64,000 nt of DNA from Pelomyxa schiedti (lineage: Eukaryota > Protista > Evosea), in assembly GCA_020536535.1 (NCBI GenBank), contig JAHLWZ010000871.1, positions 1 to 64,000 on the forward strand. Reading direction: 5' to 3'. Below, piece after piece: positions 24,501 through 38,974 of the stretch; the stretch's first letter is position 1, and every line of letters starts with the position of its first letter. Position numbers and translations under genes: made by a program. The notes under the pieces were generated by a model. The model was not told the DNA's origin and searched no databases. It worked only from the letters and a program-made list of their open reading frames with translations.

Positions 24501-27500
24501 AACTTGCTCTGGGACTACTTGGTAGTTCTTTTCTTTTAGAACATCTTCAACATGTTCTCGAAAAGTTTTTTGCAACTCTACAACTTGTGTGACACCAGGA
24601 AATATGTCATTCAAGATTCCCTATACGTTGGTAAGAAGTTGTGTACCTGTGTTTTACACAAACCTGAAAGATGGAAATGTCAGAGAACACAAACTTTGGG
24701 AGGTTCATGCCTCTTATGGCTTTTATCATCACTACATCTTCCTCTTGGGAAGGACACCTGCCAGTGGAAAACTGATGAGTCAAAATCTCTTTAGAAGAGG
24801 AGAAAGAAAAGGTAGCCACCCCCTCTTCAGATTTCCTGCCATCATTAGAGCAGATTTGAGTGCACGCAATCCCCAGTCATAATGTTTTTGTTTTGTCAAT
24901 TGCTGTTTGGCTAACTCATAAAGTGCACAAATTTTTTTAGCAAGAGTCCTGGCACTAGAAAACCCGAAGCTGAATAACATAACCTCAGCAATAAGTTCCA
25001 TATCAGGAACGGCCATAACAACAGGTCTAAACAATGCCTGTGCTTGTTATAACTTAGCAACCTAGTCATGTTCACACCTTTAGGTTATCTGGCAACTCAG
25101 TCCGGCCTGAATATGTTGGATTCGAGGTGACAAAGATCTAATTGGTTGGTGGGAACTCATAGATGCCACAAAACATACTCCACATTTGCTATCTAGATTG
25201 AGCTCTTTGCCAAAAAATTGAAATTTTGTTTGAGAAGCTCTCAAGGCTTGTTGAATAGTGCTGACTTGAATTGATATCACAGAGAGTACCTATTGGTGCA
25301 TTACAAGTGAGCTGCTTCAGGAATATTACTACCTCCGGTTTTATGCGATTGAATTCGTCAAAGCAGGCCCACCCACCACACTGTACCAGACCAGAAAGTA
25401 GACGGGCAGTAGTGGAGTAATCAACCCCTTCACCACAGTTGTAAACCTTGCACAAAAGACCCAATGACTTAGCCAAATCCTTCACAGTTTCCTTTAATAA
25501 AGTGGTGAGGCCATGGTCAAATCAGGGTGTGCACACAGTCTTGCCAGTTCCAGCAGGCCCAGCAGGAGCACCTCCAAGTTTATGGGTGTGCGCTTGTGTC
25601 AAAGTCAAAATACACCTCTCTGTGAGTGGGGTAATAACCAATCTACCACTCAACCCAAGATACTCATATCCATAATGGAATACACCAGAACACTGTTGGA
25701 TTACAACATCTTCGACAGAAGTATCCCTGTATGGAAATTAAACTGGTGGTGATGGAAGAATTAAACCAGTAAAATCGCAGCTGGCTTTCCCACTCGAACT
25801 GACTAAGTGAGAAGATGCTACCTCGAACCAAGGATTCCACGACATCCTCTTGGTGAACGCCAATGATAATCAATGAATTTATAATGCTTCTTGTTATGGG
25901 GGGAAGATCCTGGCGGACCAAACCAACAAGAAACTGGAGGTGATCATGCATTCTATTACTGAGCTTTTTGAATGCGTTCTTATCAGAGCTGAGCTAAATT
26001 TGATCTGTTAGTAATTTTCACAGCTTGAACAAAGAACTTGGTGAAAAGTATCTTCAGTATTCCACGTCCACCATATTTGGGCAGCAACGAGGATGGACAT
26101 AGCGGGGAAAGACCCGATCCAGGAAGAAAAAGGCATAGTAGCATGGTAGAATACTGTTTCTTTTGTTAAAGCACGCAGAGTCTACTAATTGTGAAATAGG
26201 TTGAGAGTTCCATGTTAACATGTTACATATTTCATTTCTGATTCCACAGATTGCATCCACACTTCAACTGGACCCCCTAACGGGAATTGTCTACGAAATT
26301 TTACTTGTTCACACTCTGAAGATATCATGCCTGCTACAATTTTTGATTGCTGTGTACTGTTAACCCTAATATGTGAAATAAGTACAGACAAAAAAAGGGT
26401 TAATATTTACACAAGAGTTTGTATATTCCCAAATAATTGAATCATATGTGTCTGTAGTGCACTTAGATCAGAGCTTCCCAGGATTGCCAGTAGTTCATCA
26501 TCACTAATGAAATAAAATCTTGAAAAAGCTTGACGCTTTGTCTCAAGGTATTCAGACAGTGCACACTGGCAAGTTTGGAGGGAAACATGCAAATTTTTCA
26601 GTAGCTCAGCACGCCCTGAGTCTTGGCATGCCTGAGGTCATAATGAGTGTTTTCTGAAAATGAAAAGCCTGTGTACCTGAAGAACGAGAGTGTTAGAACC
26701 AATTTCAGACATCATTGTTTTAAATGTCTTGTCGATGTAGCTGAATTGCTCTGACTCCACTGGAAGCCTTTCCCGAATATCCTCATTTGAAAGGAATATA
26801 TTTTCCAGGTACAGCCATTTCTTTTGCACAATCATCCACTCTTGGGTAACCTTGGATTGCATTGGCATCAGCAAATTTTGGAGAATGAAATAACCTCTTC
26901 CACCAGTGCTAATTGCTTTTCCCATTTTTGGATTTTTTCTAAAAAGGAAGAAGCATAGCGAGAAACAGCCATTGCTTGTAATGTCATCTGGTTATCTTCA
27001 ATCAGGGACTGAATGTCATCAATTCCCTTTAATAGCAGATTTGTCTTCTCTCCATTGGTGAGCTTTATAAGTTCAAACTGCATTGTCTTCCACGAAGTGG
27101 AAATTGACTGAAGAGTCTTTCCAAATGAGTCTTCATGATTGGCAGTCTCAACCACATCAGAGATTCTTTCTGTAAACTGTTCCAAGTCCAACGATAGAAC
27201 CGTACCAAGTGTAAACTCATCATTGGTATGCAAGAAGAGGTAACCAGTGATCTTTTATGTACACATCAAGTTAATACGGGGACAAAATGGGGATGACAGG
27301 CCTCTTTAATTTTGTCCCAATGCCTTGGTTGTAGGGAGTCACTTTTCAACCATTTCAAAAGTGAAACCGATTCCCTAAAAGTATTAATTCGTTGTACCAG
27401 CAGTTTTGACGGGTATATGGACTGCAGGGGCTTGGGGAGTCTATTGGTTTTGTTGATGAACCCATCAATTCCACCAACAAGGACATCAATATCTACTTTA

Positions 27501-30500
27501 CTCCACGGAATTGACAACCAATTTGCACGACAATCCTAATGAGGAAATCAGCACACTGGTTTTTGTGATCAAACATACCTTAAAAGAAGTGTACAGTTGG
27601 AACACTGTATCCAGGCTCGATAGAGAATCTTGTAAGGCTATTAAGTCAGGGTAAATGGTGATTGGGAGGTTCAGAAGTTTTTCTGCTTGGATCAAGTTAT
27701 CCCGAATTGCACAGTACCTAGTTTGCATTAGCAAGTGCATATCAATGGCAAGCAATTCACACTTTTTTGCTATCTGCTTAAATTTATTCAAGCACGTAAC
27801 AGCAGAGTCGAGTGTAAGTTCTACATTTGTGGGCCCAGATTTTTGGTATTTGAGGGTCAAGTGTTGAAGTTTGACTTGGAACTGCTCAATCTTTGGTGTA
27901 TTTTACTTAAACCAAGGAGAAAAGTTGAAACTGCCTGCCTGCTTGTGGGTAATGTCAACAAACTGGCCTTTTACAGGAGTAATACCAGCTTCAATTTTCT
28001 TGAGGTCATGCAATATATTGGACCATCTTTTTTTTTGGTTTGTTTTCCTCCCTCCATGTTCACCACTGAGTGTTTACCTTATAAAAACTTGCTTTACAAG
28101 AGAAGACTCTTCTTCAGGTACGGGTATGTGATATTGAGTGAGGATTTTGTACTGATGCAAAATTGTATTGTATCTTGACTCAATAGAAATTGTTTGACCA
28201 CGGATCTACTTGGAGTCAGATATATCAATATTTGTGGTAGTCAATGCACACATTTTCCAAGACAGAGAGGACCCCCTTGAGTTCTTCTAGAGATGTTGCG
28301 GGAGACCTTGGTATTTGTTGTTCCATGCTAGTCATGGTATCAGAGAAGGCATGTAGGTCATCTGTAGCTGCCTGATGTGAAGTATTTCCTTCAGCTGAAG
28401 TCAGAAACTTCAGTTAATATCAAAAGTCAAACCATATGCAAGTATCCAGGATGTAACTTCTGCTTTGATGCATGTGGACAGTGGTTCCACGGCGATACTT
28501 ACAAAACCAATTTCAATCACCAATGGAAGCTGACTGATCTCTTCAAGGAGTGTTCTATAGGTATCAAGCTGATTGTCCAACTCAGGTAAGGAACCATGTG
28601 TTGTAAAAAAGTTCTGGACAGTAGTTTTCTAAAAAAATAAATAAAGTGATAATATAGAGTAAATGATTTACTCTATCTGTTGTCCAAAGAGGCTGGTATT
28701 TCGACCAGGATGAGATCTCCTGACTAATATCTGTCAGTGTTTGTTGCACACTGGCCTTCAGTCCTAAGAGGGTTCCTGCAATCTTTTGGCTTTCGTGTCA
28801 TTGAATATTGTCGAGAAATTTGATAAGTACTTGGGGAGAATTAGTTATTTCTGCAAAAAAAGTCACCGGAGGTGCACTGGAGATAGCTTGGGGTGAACAA
28901 CCAGAATTCCATCTAACCTCGCCATTAGGAAAAGATCGAAAGATTCCTCCTCATACCTAACAAAGTGCTTGGGGCATCCAATCACATCATTGATGGTAGC
29001 TGTGAGATATTGGGCCATCACCTCCATGGATGGATTTGTAATAATATCAGGTGGATTTAAGGAAAGGTCTGTGTGGAAAAGAGGAGGAAAAGCTTCTGTA
29101 GAGTGATGCTGCTTGCAAGTCTGAGAACGGAATAGGAAATTATGCAATATGTGAAGGTTTTCCAGAACGAGCTTTCAAAGTTCGATTAGGAATTTTTCTT
29201 CACAAAAAAGCCACACCTTAGTTAAACTGTTGTACAGTCTTGCTTCCCACAAGTCGTAATACTTTCCAATGTGAGGACAGTGCAATGTTGGTGTAGGGAT
29301 TTGTGGTGACATAATATGCTCAATATTCACAAGAATATTAGTCATTGAGTTATATTTGTGCACCAATTCCTGAACTACTTGCTTGTAAAATTGTTGCTGC
29401 TGGTTGTAAAAATCCTAGATGTTGATTTTTAGGAGTTACATTGGTGATCAAAGGTGTACCTGTACTCTATAAGACACTGCAGTGGGAGTCTTCACCACCA
29501 CTGCTGTGGCAATTTGCTCCACGATATCTTGAAGAGTTCCTGCCGCATTTCTCACTAACTTGAGAGTCTCTTCAAATTTAAACAGGTTCTTTGTCTAGTT
29601 ACTGAATAGTGTAACGCCAAATAATACATACTGCAGAAAAGTTCCTGAGAAAAGTATTTACACCCAAAGAATTCCAATTAAGGGATTCAAAGCCAGGTTG
29701 GAGGAGCAAAGAAAGGTTGTTGAGGGATTGTGATAACACCAATTGTTCATCACTGGTTATTTGTGAAACCACTTGTCTATAATGACACAGAGTATAATTT
29801 AGTTCTGATGACAACTTGTAGTAGCCATCCTCCTGTAGCTGCTGAGACAGTTTTTGAAATGAATGATGAGCAAATACATTAATGGCAATATTTACAGCAG
29901 AAGTAGGTATCTCAAAGCCAAGTGTTTGAAATACTTTTGCGTCATGTATGAGTGACGCTATCTCAGTGTTGAAGTGTACATAAGGGTGTTTGTCATTCAT
30001 CGCCAAAATTGGATGTCCATTGAAAGTAACCCTGTACAATTCATCCACACGGGAAACCCATTTTTTAAACAACTAAAACTAAATAAGGGGACCAGTTTTA
30101 GCAATAGGAAATAAGAGTAAAACATTTTGTTCATATGCTCTCATCTCTTTTCCCAGTGTGAGATAGATGTTCATTGTCTGCGCTCCAGTCTCAGAGCACA
30201 ACAGGCCTAGAGAGTATTTACCATAAAAAGATTATCACCTCAGCCTCTTACTATTATTCTCTGCTGTTTGCATCTTAAGTACAGTTTTTTTCAAGGGCTC
30301 GAAAAGTGCTTGTGACCAAATTACAGAACCAGACGATGGTGTTTGATTTCTTCCAATTGGAGGGTTGTTCTTATGCTGGTAAAAAGTATGCCGAACCTAG
30401 TGCACATTCAAAATGGTGAATATCCAGAAAATAATACTTTTTCCACTTCAGCTTTAAAGCACTCTAAAGCATTTGGATACTTGGTCAGTAACTGCTGGTG

Positions 30501-32871
30501 TATAGATGGCCTGAGAGATTAAGTAAGATCGAAGTGTTTTATAAGGAGTTGCACCTTGTGGAAATAGTTTTATATGTCTGCAGCAAGTCAAAGGCAACTT
30601 CAGCCCTATGAAGATTTCGGAAGCTACAATCAATTATATTTGCTATAGCCTCATCAATCTAGAACATGATAGAAGTTGAAAAGTCATCATGGGGAATAAG
30701 TACTTGGCTACAGATAGCGAAGAAATGAGAAAGGTCATTCTGCCAGGTGTTGCAAAACTCCTTATCAAAGACATCATAAGTGACACTTCCCAACTTAGCA
30801 AGCAGGGTATTCAGATGTCTCTTGATCCTATCAATAGGTTGAGTTTCTCCCATAATTCCTACACTCATGTGAGACAGCAAAGCAGTGGCGTAATACCTTT
30901 CAAGGGATATAGGTTGCCATATTCCTCAGTGATTTTAACAATCTTACTGAGGTCACAACATCGTTCATATATATAGTCCATCTGCATGTGTAAGAGAAAT
31001 TTTGATATTAAGTATGATCTACGTGTTCAAACATATCCATTGGAGCAACTAGCCAGGCAGTCAATGATGTTTGTGTTTCCTGAACAATTTTAGGTTCAAA
31101 ACATCCCAAGAGATGTCATACATGTCTCCATTTTTCAAGAATACTTTTTGCTTTTGAAGTTTTATTCCAAGCTTCTGTATCTTGAAATAGGGCAGGGAGC
31201 ATCAGACTGTTCTTCACATGTTCCTCTATATCCCAGCAAACCTTCCGTATCAGGGCAAGAATATTTTCTTCTTTGTGATAATAGCTTTGTGCTTTCAAAA
31301 AAATAGCTTTTTTGAGGAAACAACTACTACCTTGACATGGTCCAGGTAACCTTCAGTGTGGCAAGAACACCTTGAAGAACTTCTGGGGTCATAAATCCAA
31401 GCTCCAAAGAAAAATAGCGTTGGAATGGAGAAAGAAGGGTAACATTATCCTAGTAAAAAATTAGAATAAAGTAAAATATAAAGATAACATAGGTACATGA
31501 GCCAATTTAGACTGCAAGGAAAGATTGTCAAGCTGTGTGTAAAATGAAGAATACAATGGGGAGCCAGCTTCCTTCACTACCTTGATAATGGTTTGGACCT
31601 AAAACTATTAGCTATTAATCACTGAACAGGGGTACTTACAGCTTCTGAATTCAATTGAGTCGAGGCACTCTTTAGGTCTCTGCATCTTCTTCGCCAAAAG
31701 TTGATTTCAAAGGTAGTTCCCTGAGATAGTATTTTAATAGATACATTTTCCCAATATATACCTGGCCTGCTGAGTGCGTTTCATCGCATTCTAACAGTTG
31801 GTGCATGGTAGAAAGCCATTGTGTCATACAATTTTCAATTTTCGGAATCACCTTTTTTTGGTGTGTATTCAATTTTAGAGTCGAAGGTACCTCAGTCTTA
31901 TTGGCAGTAGGTTGTGTGTTACTGATAGAAACAGTAGGAAATGAAAAGTTACTTTTCACCCCAGAAGTAAGAGACAGTTCAGTGGGTGGATGGTGATTTC
32001 TTTGTTGGGAACCTATTATAGGATCTTGAGTTGTAACAGCAATGTTATGTTGATCTACTCAACATATTTGGGGACTTGAAAGTAGTGGTCCATATGTTCT
32101 TCCAACAATTGTCAGCAGTGATGGAAGGAGATATCTTGCCACTGAACCGTAACCAAAGTGTTCTGACATTGTAGAATTCATCCCTGAATTGTCTGAGCCA
32201 CCATCACATGGTTGTTTGTTGTAATTTTCATGGATTTTGCCTTCAAAATCCGCCATTTTTTTTTTTTAAATATTGTGGGGAAGTCTGATATCATACACAC
32301 TTTCACTGCCAGGCAAAAAGTTCTTCAGCTCAGAAACAATGCCACAATCAGTGAGTTTCACCAAATAGGCAGCCACACAAGCCAAAGAGCAGGCCCCAGT
32401 CCCTCCCATAAGTCCCTCATCTGGTTGGCAGCTGCTACTGTCCCATAATCCCCCCTGTGGCCCGTTCCAACTCACCAATTTCACAATTATATCGTCGTGA
32501 GCCTCACCCTCAGCCCTGCGGGGGGCCAACTGCCTCCTCCCACAATCGTCTTTCCAGTACACCACCACAAAGTCTCCCCTCCTTGAGCACGGCGAGGTCC
32601 CAACCTGGGTCCCGGCACAGCCTCGCCCCCTCGACGATGCCGTCGTCGTGTCCGGCGAACCCATAATCATGCCACGCAGGTACGCGGCCAACCTGGGGTC
32701 GTTCCTGACTACGTCCTCGCGGCGGTCCACTGCTGTGGTTTTGTTGTTGGTGCTGTTGCTGGCATTAGGCTCCGCCGTCTGGCCCCCAAAGAGGCACAAC
32801 GTCAATTGGGCCGTGGCCCATCGGATGGCCGCTGTCTCCAGTGCCACCTCGTCGCGTTTGCTGGGCCTCAT
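15544..32871 (-). CDS. DNAH10: Axonemal dynein heavy chain, DNAH10-like (inner arm I1/f alpha), many introns
   Basis: AAA1 GPAGTGKTE and [24 protein letters not shown]2 [11 protein letters not shown]3 [11 protein letters not shown]4 [45 protein letters not shown]-terminal [11 protein letters not shown] typical of DNAH10. Start codon and orthology are less certain than the family call. Confidence 0.9.
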
Positions 32872-33559
32872 CGTATTTCGGTTTCCGGAAAATGCTTTCT
32901 TCCCTTACGAGAAAAATGCTGATCAAAAAAAACGAGAGTGTTAAGAACTCGCAGAGGCGTAACCCAAAACACCAAACGTATTGGGGTTTTTTTTTCCACT
33001 TGGAAGAGAGTTCAGTGCTTTGGGGGATATGTTGTGGGGTGTGTGGGTGTTCCTTGGCCGCAGCTTTTTCGATCGAAAGCTGTTGCTGATTGGGCTGGGA
33101 ACGGCAACTTGCAAAACCCCCAGCCACCTCCACATCCCCCAATTCATTCATTGATTTGGCTGCTTTCTTTGCTTGCTTGCTTGCTTGCTGGCTTTGCGTT
33201 GATGTTGGGGTGTGGGGGTGTTTAATGGCCGCGGCCTGCTTTTTTTTTTGTTTTTCGTTTCATCAGTTTCTGCTAGAAAGAAGTGTGTTTTGTGTTTGGC
33301 GGGGTGCACCAACTTGGGAAGTGCTCCAGGACCTGTTGTTTACAAAAACGTGTGAGGCTTGAAAATCAACTTCTCGAGTGGTAAATTGGCTATTGTCACC
33401 CGCACCGAACTCCCGCTCTTAAGTATACTATACCCACAATTTACTCAAGCCTTGCCACTATTCACAATAGATACTACACACTCGGCCAAGCCGCTTGGGC
33501 TGGCTCTGGGGCATTCAAGATTTTACTTTGTGAAATGAAGTGGTGGACACCAATGTTGT

Positions 33560-34718
33560 AGGTGCTAACCAAAACTTCCTGGTGGAGACGTCACTATTTG
33601 ACGAACCCATGTGCCGGAATTGGACCTTGCTCAGACCACTTTTCCAAGGGTTATTATTGTCCAAGAGGACACAGGGCAAATGCGCACACTACAGCAACTT
33701 CATCACAACCTAATTTGTGCTGGTTATCACCACTCAACCGGTCACAGTCTCTGGTTTGCTAGAAGACACATACGACGTGCGATGTGATCTACATAAATGA
33801 CACAACAAAACCAGTGAGGACAGGGAGATTCCTTCCGGGTTGCACATCTTCAAACGCCTTTGTGGAAGGTGGCCTCCTGTTCCAAATGAGCGCCTACAAC
33901 AAGAAAATGCATGTGACTGAGGAGTCCTGGCGCCCACATCCTCACTTTGAAGGATTGGGAAAGGAGTTGATTTTGTGCAATAGATTAAGGAGACTGTCAC
34001 AAGAAAACATTCATTTGGTGGTTTTTTGGGTTGTTGCCTGCTGTGTTGGGTGGTGATGCTGAAAATGGAGAATTCCAGGGATAATTCCCTCCGAATTCCT
34101 GCACGCAATATTGAATCGCCTCCCGAAATTCCTTGTATATACAACATACTCTACAGCATGCACAAGCTTATGGGATGGTGTGGGGTGCCGTTTGGGGTTG
34201 CTTCCAACGAGGACTGGTTGGTGGAATGTTCTGATACAGAATTGTTCATATGGAAAGTTGCGGAAACAGAAGGTGGTGGAGGCAAAAGGGTGTTGGCTCC
34301 GGCATCTGTGTGCCATGTTGATACCGACGGGGATTCGCCATCACAAGGGCTTTTCCTCCATTCTTCCTGCAAAACCATCAAAGAGTTACACAATTCCTTA
34401 TGTGGAGTACAGTTGTGTCTGGGAGTTGTTTGTGCTGGCCACTTCACACTGCTTTAGGCTGGGAACAACTCACAGCACTCACACTGTGCTTCACAACAGG
34501 CTCCTCCTCTCCATCTCCGCGGGTTTGTGTTCATTGAGGTCATATGTCCACTCCCTCAGTTACCAAGGATATTGTCCCTAGGTGGATTCAACTTTATGTA
34601 GTACAGAATCACATTACTGAACAATGTGTACTATGTTACCAAGTTCCTGGAGCCTCATAGTGAAGGTTCCAATTGCTGTTTCTTGTGCTTCCACACAGGA
34701 CAAAGAATGAAGTCATAA
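33560..34718 (+). pseudogene. Degenerate coding-like region of an unknown family
   Basis: Overlapping protein-like fragments in different frames (e.g. VASNEDWLVECSDTELFIWKV) broken by stops; I could not build a clean spliced model. Boundaries approximate. Confidence 0.3.
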
Positions 34719-35120
34719 CCCATTGGCACTAATTGAGTTTAATGGCATCTGTATCCCAAAAAAACAATTGGCCAAGCTTCTTGCTCCAATTCAATTGAAA
34801 ACCGCATTTTTTTTTTTCACAAGTGACATGTGAAGGTTGCGAGTAGATAGTGACAGGCGCCAACTTGGGTGCGCAGCGTGCTGGTTGGTTGGTTGGTTGG
34901 GGTTGGTGAGGAATTGCAATAACGCAAGTGGATGGGGTCCCAACGCCTCGCTTCCCAACCAAGAAACACTTCAGGAAATGTCTCTACAACCTGGCAAAAA
35001 AATTTTCGTAACCGCCAGGAAAAAAAGAAAAACACAAAGATCTGCACAAGCTACGAAACAAACGTCGGCTCGACGCAAGCACAGCAGGAGATCTCGGAGA
35101 ATACTAGACAAACAAAGAAA

Positions 35121-36250
35121 ATGCCCAAGCCAGTAGTGGTGAAGACGAAACTCGCTGACGACGTCCGACGCTTTTCTTTGGAAAGCGGAGACTTTCCCAG
35201 TTAATTTCCGCCAGTACCTCATTTGAATGCACAACAACAGTTCGCTAACTGTGGGTTTTGTTTTTTTTTTTCCCCTTTTTTTCTCCCGCACCAGATTTGG
35301 TTGGGACGTTGCAGAAATTGTACCCAAATGTGAATATATGTATGCAGTATACTGACGACGAAGGAGACCTGGTTACCATCACCTCATCAGAGGAGTTCAA
35401 CGAGGCATTGAATATAGCTGCAAGGGCGGAGCCAAGAATCCTTAGGCTCAATCTTGTTGTTGTTGAACCTGGACAGTTTGTGAACATGCTCTCCTAACCT
35501 TGTGTTGTTCTTGTAACTGACTTGCAAGTAGGAAACCAACAATCTTCTCCAAGCCCTCTGAGCCAGCGCTTCCCACTGCCGCTGCTCCGGCAATTTCTGC
35601 CCCGGTTGTCCCCCGTGTTGCCTCGCTGGATGCCATTCAGGAAAAGATTGTTGAAAAGCTGACTGAACTACACACTATTCCTGGTGCGCTTCTTTTTTAA
35701 TAGAGACACCCTAATTCCAAAAGAGCCTGATACCAAGATTATTCCGACTACTGCCGCATATTCAAAGGAAATAGCCCAGCGATGTGCCTTGGTTTCACAA
35801 GAATTACCACGCTACACCGAAAATGTTTCCTTACTTTTCCTTACCCACAGTTAACTTTGTTACCTCAGCTCTCAAACGAAATTGCAGCCCAGTGCAAACG
35901 ACTTTGCGCGGAGCTTGTGAACTCTCACACGTCTAGTTTAACAAAGCTTGTGGATGAAACCAACACTCTTTCTCATGATATTAGCAGTTCCTGTGCCGCT
36001 ACATCCTCAATGGTTTGAATCCCTTGTATCAGCATTTGTACTCACCTTCCCACAGACAACTGAATCTACGAGGCTTTCTGGTACTACCACACAGGAGACA
36101 ACTTCAACAGTGGAATCGGCGCAGTTGGCTGCCCAGATGAACCTGCATGCTGCGCAAATCGAAGCCAAGTGCAAGCAGCTTGCCGCTGATACCAATACCG
36201 CATGTGAGGACATTTCCCACGACATTGCAAAGATGATCATGAACCTGTAA
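35121..36250 (+). CDS. PB1-domain protein with a C-terminal amphipathic helical repeat region
   Basis: VVVKTKLADDVRRF (conserved Lys) plus OPCA motif YTDDEGDLVTITSSEEF, i.e. type I/II PB1. Confidence 0.85.
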
Positions 36251-36643
36251 TTTTATGGTAACCCCACACCTACTGGGCTCTTTATTCTTTAATGGCGCAA
36301 TGAAGTTATTTCGTGTTTGCTTTCTCTTGAATTCGTCTTCTGCAAGCCACCAACGAACAACACAATAAAGAAGTCGAGCACTTTGTTGGACTTGGATGTG
36401 CTTTGGTTTTCATTAATCTCCCCTGGTTGTATCCATGCGAGAACCAGCTGTGCCACGCACACAGACGAACCTTTGACTCAGGGCCTTCCTGTCAAACAAC
36501 AAACAATCCAAGTTCTGAACCCAGGCAACTCTTTTCGCCAAAATGGCCCAGAGGTTGGCCTTGTTGATTCGCAGTTCCACCGTTTCGAATGGCACCTCTG
36601 AGATCAATTTCGTTTTTTTTTCCTCAGCTTGGTGGTGTGGGTG

Positions 36644-38678
36644 ATGGGGAAGAAAACGACGACACGGAGCGGGAAGGCGCTCAACCCTACGGATGCATAT
36701 AGGAAGGAACAGCGTAAGAAGGAGATCAAGAAGGTTCATCTTTGCAACTGGTGTTTTTTTTTTTTTTTCCCCTCGCGTCTGTGCGTTGTTCCCGTTTTAT
36801 GGCTTAACTTTTTCCCCCTCGCATTTTTTAGAATAAGAAAGAGAGGCAACGTGTTAGAACTGAGGCTGTGTTGAAAAAAGACCCCAATTCCGTGCTCCAA
36901 CAAATTAAAAAGTTGGAAGACTTGGAGAAGGTGGGCAAACTGGACAAACGCAAGAAATTGAAGAAAAAGGCTTTGTCTGACATGTACAACAAAGTTGTAG
37001 ATGTTACCAAGGTTTTTTCCTTATGTTAAATATGTTTCTCACTTTTTTTTTGGTTTCAGGTTGCTCCTGATGCTACAGAGACTCCAGACCCGTATGTGCA
37101 ATCTGTTCTTGTAATACAAATTAGTCACTTTTTTTAAAAAAGGGAATCCCAACATCCTGAACTGCAAATGTTATACCCAAACCCTGCCTCATCCATTTAT
37201 TATCACCCTACCTATAATCCATATGGAGCACCCCCACCAGGGGCTCCAGAGATCAAATGTAGGTATTCACACCTACTGTAACCTCTCTAATAAATCGAAG
37301 TGCCTATGGTTCTTCCAGTAGGTGTCCTTCCAGTACTGCCTGTTGCACCAAATCAAATTGAAAACAGTAACTCGTTCCATGATAAAAAATACCTCACCTT
37401 TTAGCACCAGGCAACTCTGATGAAGTTGAAACTCCATCCAGCACAGTCTCCACTGCATCGACAACATGCACGACAACAACTAGTACATCAAGCACATCAA
37501 CTCTCTCTAGTACATCAACTAACTCCAGCACATCACAGAAAGAAAGTCCCCAAACTAAGTATAATTTTATGGAAAGTATTTATCATTGACCTTTAAACAG
37601 GCCCTCAGGCTTACTTCCAACACCAAACACCCCATCATCCCCAAGCACCAGTTCCAGTAGTACTAACAGTAACGCCAACAAGGAAGTCACTCCTGTACTC
37701 AGCCCTCCTGGCCCTCCTCCAGGTCCACCACCTGGCCCACCCTTGATCTTACTCCCACAACCCGTCATTCCTTCTCCAACCTCGCGGGTTCCAGGAATGC
37801 CTCCCGGAATAGGTCTTCTTCCACCTGTTCTTGTTCCACCACCTTCATCTCAACCACTGTACTTTCCACCTGGAGCGCTACCAGGATTCAAAGCACCTCC
37901 ACCACCACCTCCAGGCCTGCCACCCGCACTTGCAGCGCGACTGCAAGCTGAACAGTCAGGTACTCTTTCAATTGTCTTGGTACCAACAAGTAACAAACAA
38001 TTAGGGTTTCCTACAAACCAGCTTCCTCCACGTTTCCCACCAGGATTCCCACTAAATCAACCCCCACCAGGTCACCTCATGTTTCGAGCACAACTCCCAC
38101 CCCCAGTTGCACACCCTCTTCCTCCAGCTGTTGCAAATGGCCTTATTAACCCTGCTACTGCCGCTGCAGCCATTGCCACAGCTGCAGCTATCACAAACTC
38201 AATCTCATCTGGTGAGTTGCCCTTCAAGGTTTTCCCCTGTATATTAACTTGCCCTAGGAAACGTACCACCCCCGCGAACACCCATAACTCCCACTGTGCA
38301 GTTACCCCAACGCCAAGGTAAGAACCCTTTATTCCCCCATTCCTACTTGACAGTTGATAAGGTCCTACAATGGGCCCCAAGCCATCCCCCCAAACTGTCT
38401 ATAAACACGCCGCTTCAAGTAACTTCCCAGCACTCCACCTTATTTCCCAACTAATGTGCCAACAACAAACAACAGCCGACGAAGAACCCATTGCAGAGCA
38501 CCTAATTCCGCCGGCGCTTCGCCTCAAAAGAGCCAAGCCACCGATCGCCTCAGGGGGGCCAACCAAGACCCCCCGCATCAAAACGGCCGCCACAACGGCC
38601 AACACAGCCGCCAACATGACCGCCGACGCCGCCTACGAGTCTTTCATGGCCGACATGCGCTCCCTTGGTGCTGTATAG
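36644..38678 (+). CDS. WBP11: WW domain-binding protein 11 (splicing factor)
   Basis: [67 protein letters not shown], C-terminal AYESFMADMRSLGAV. Confidence 0.92.
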
Positions 38679-38974
38679 CTACAGCCATCACTAACAAGCT
38701 GAAAACAAGCAAATTCCCTCACTCGTGCATCAACCTTATTCTTCGAAAACAATCAAGGACCAAGTTGTTTGTGCACCTGACGAAGGACCGCAGGCACTGA
38801 CATGGGAGAATAAAATGAACACCAAGAACTTGGGCCTGTTCATCGAGTGGGTGACACAGAGTTATGTGTCGTCCCAATTGTTCTGGGAGTGACTACGCGC
38901 AAAACGCAAAATAGTGACCAAGACATGAAAAACAACAGTCAGCATTACAAAAACCATAATACTGAACGAGAATC

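Noticed and set aside
33168-33190. (GCTT)n microsatellite; similar (GGTT)n near 34882-34900
   Set aside because: Short simple repeats, not telomeric and with no evident function.
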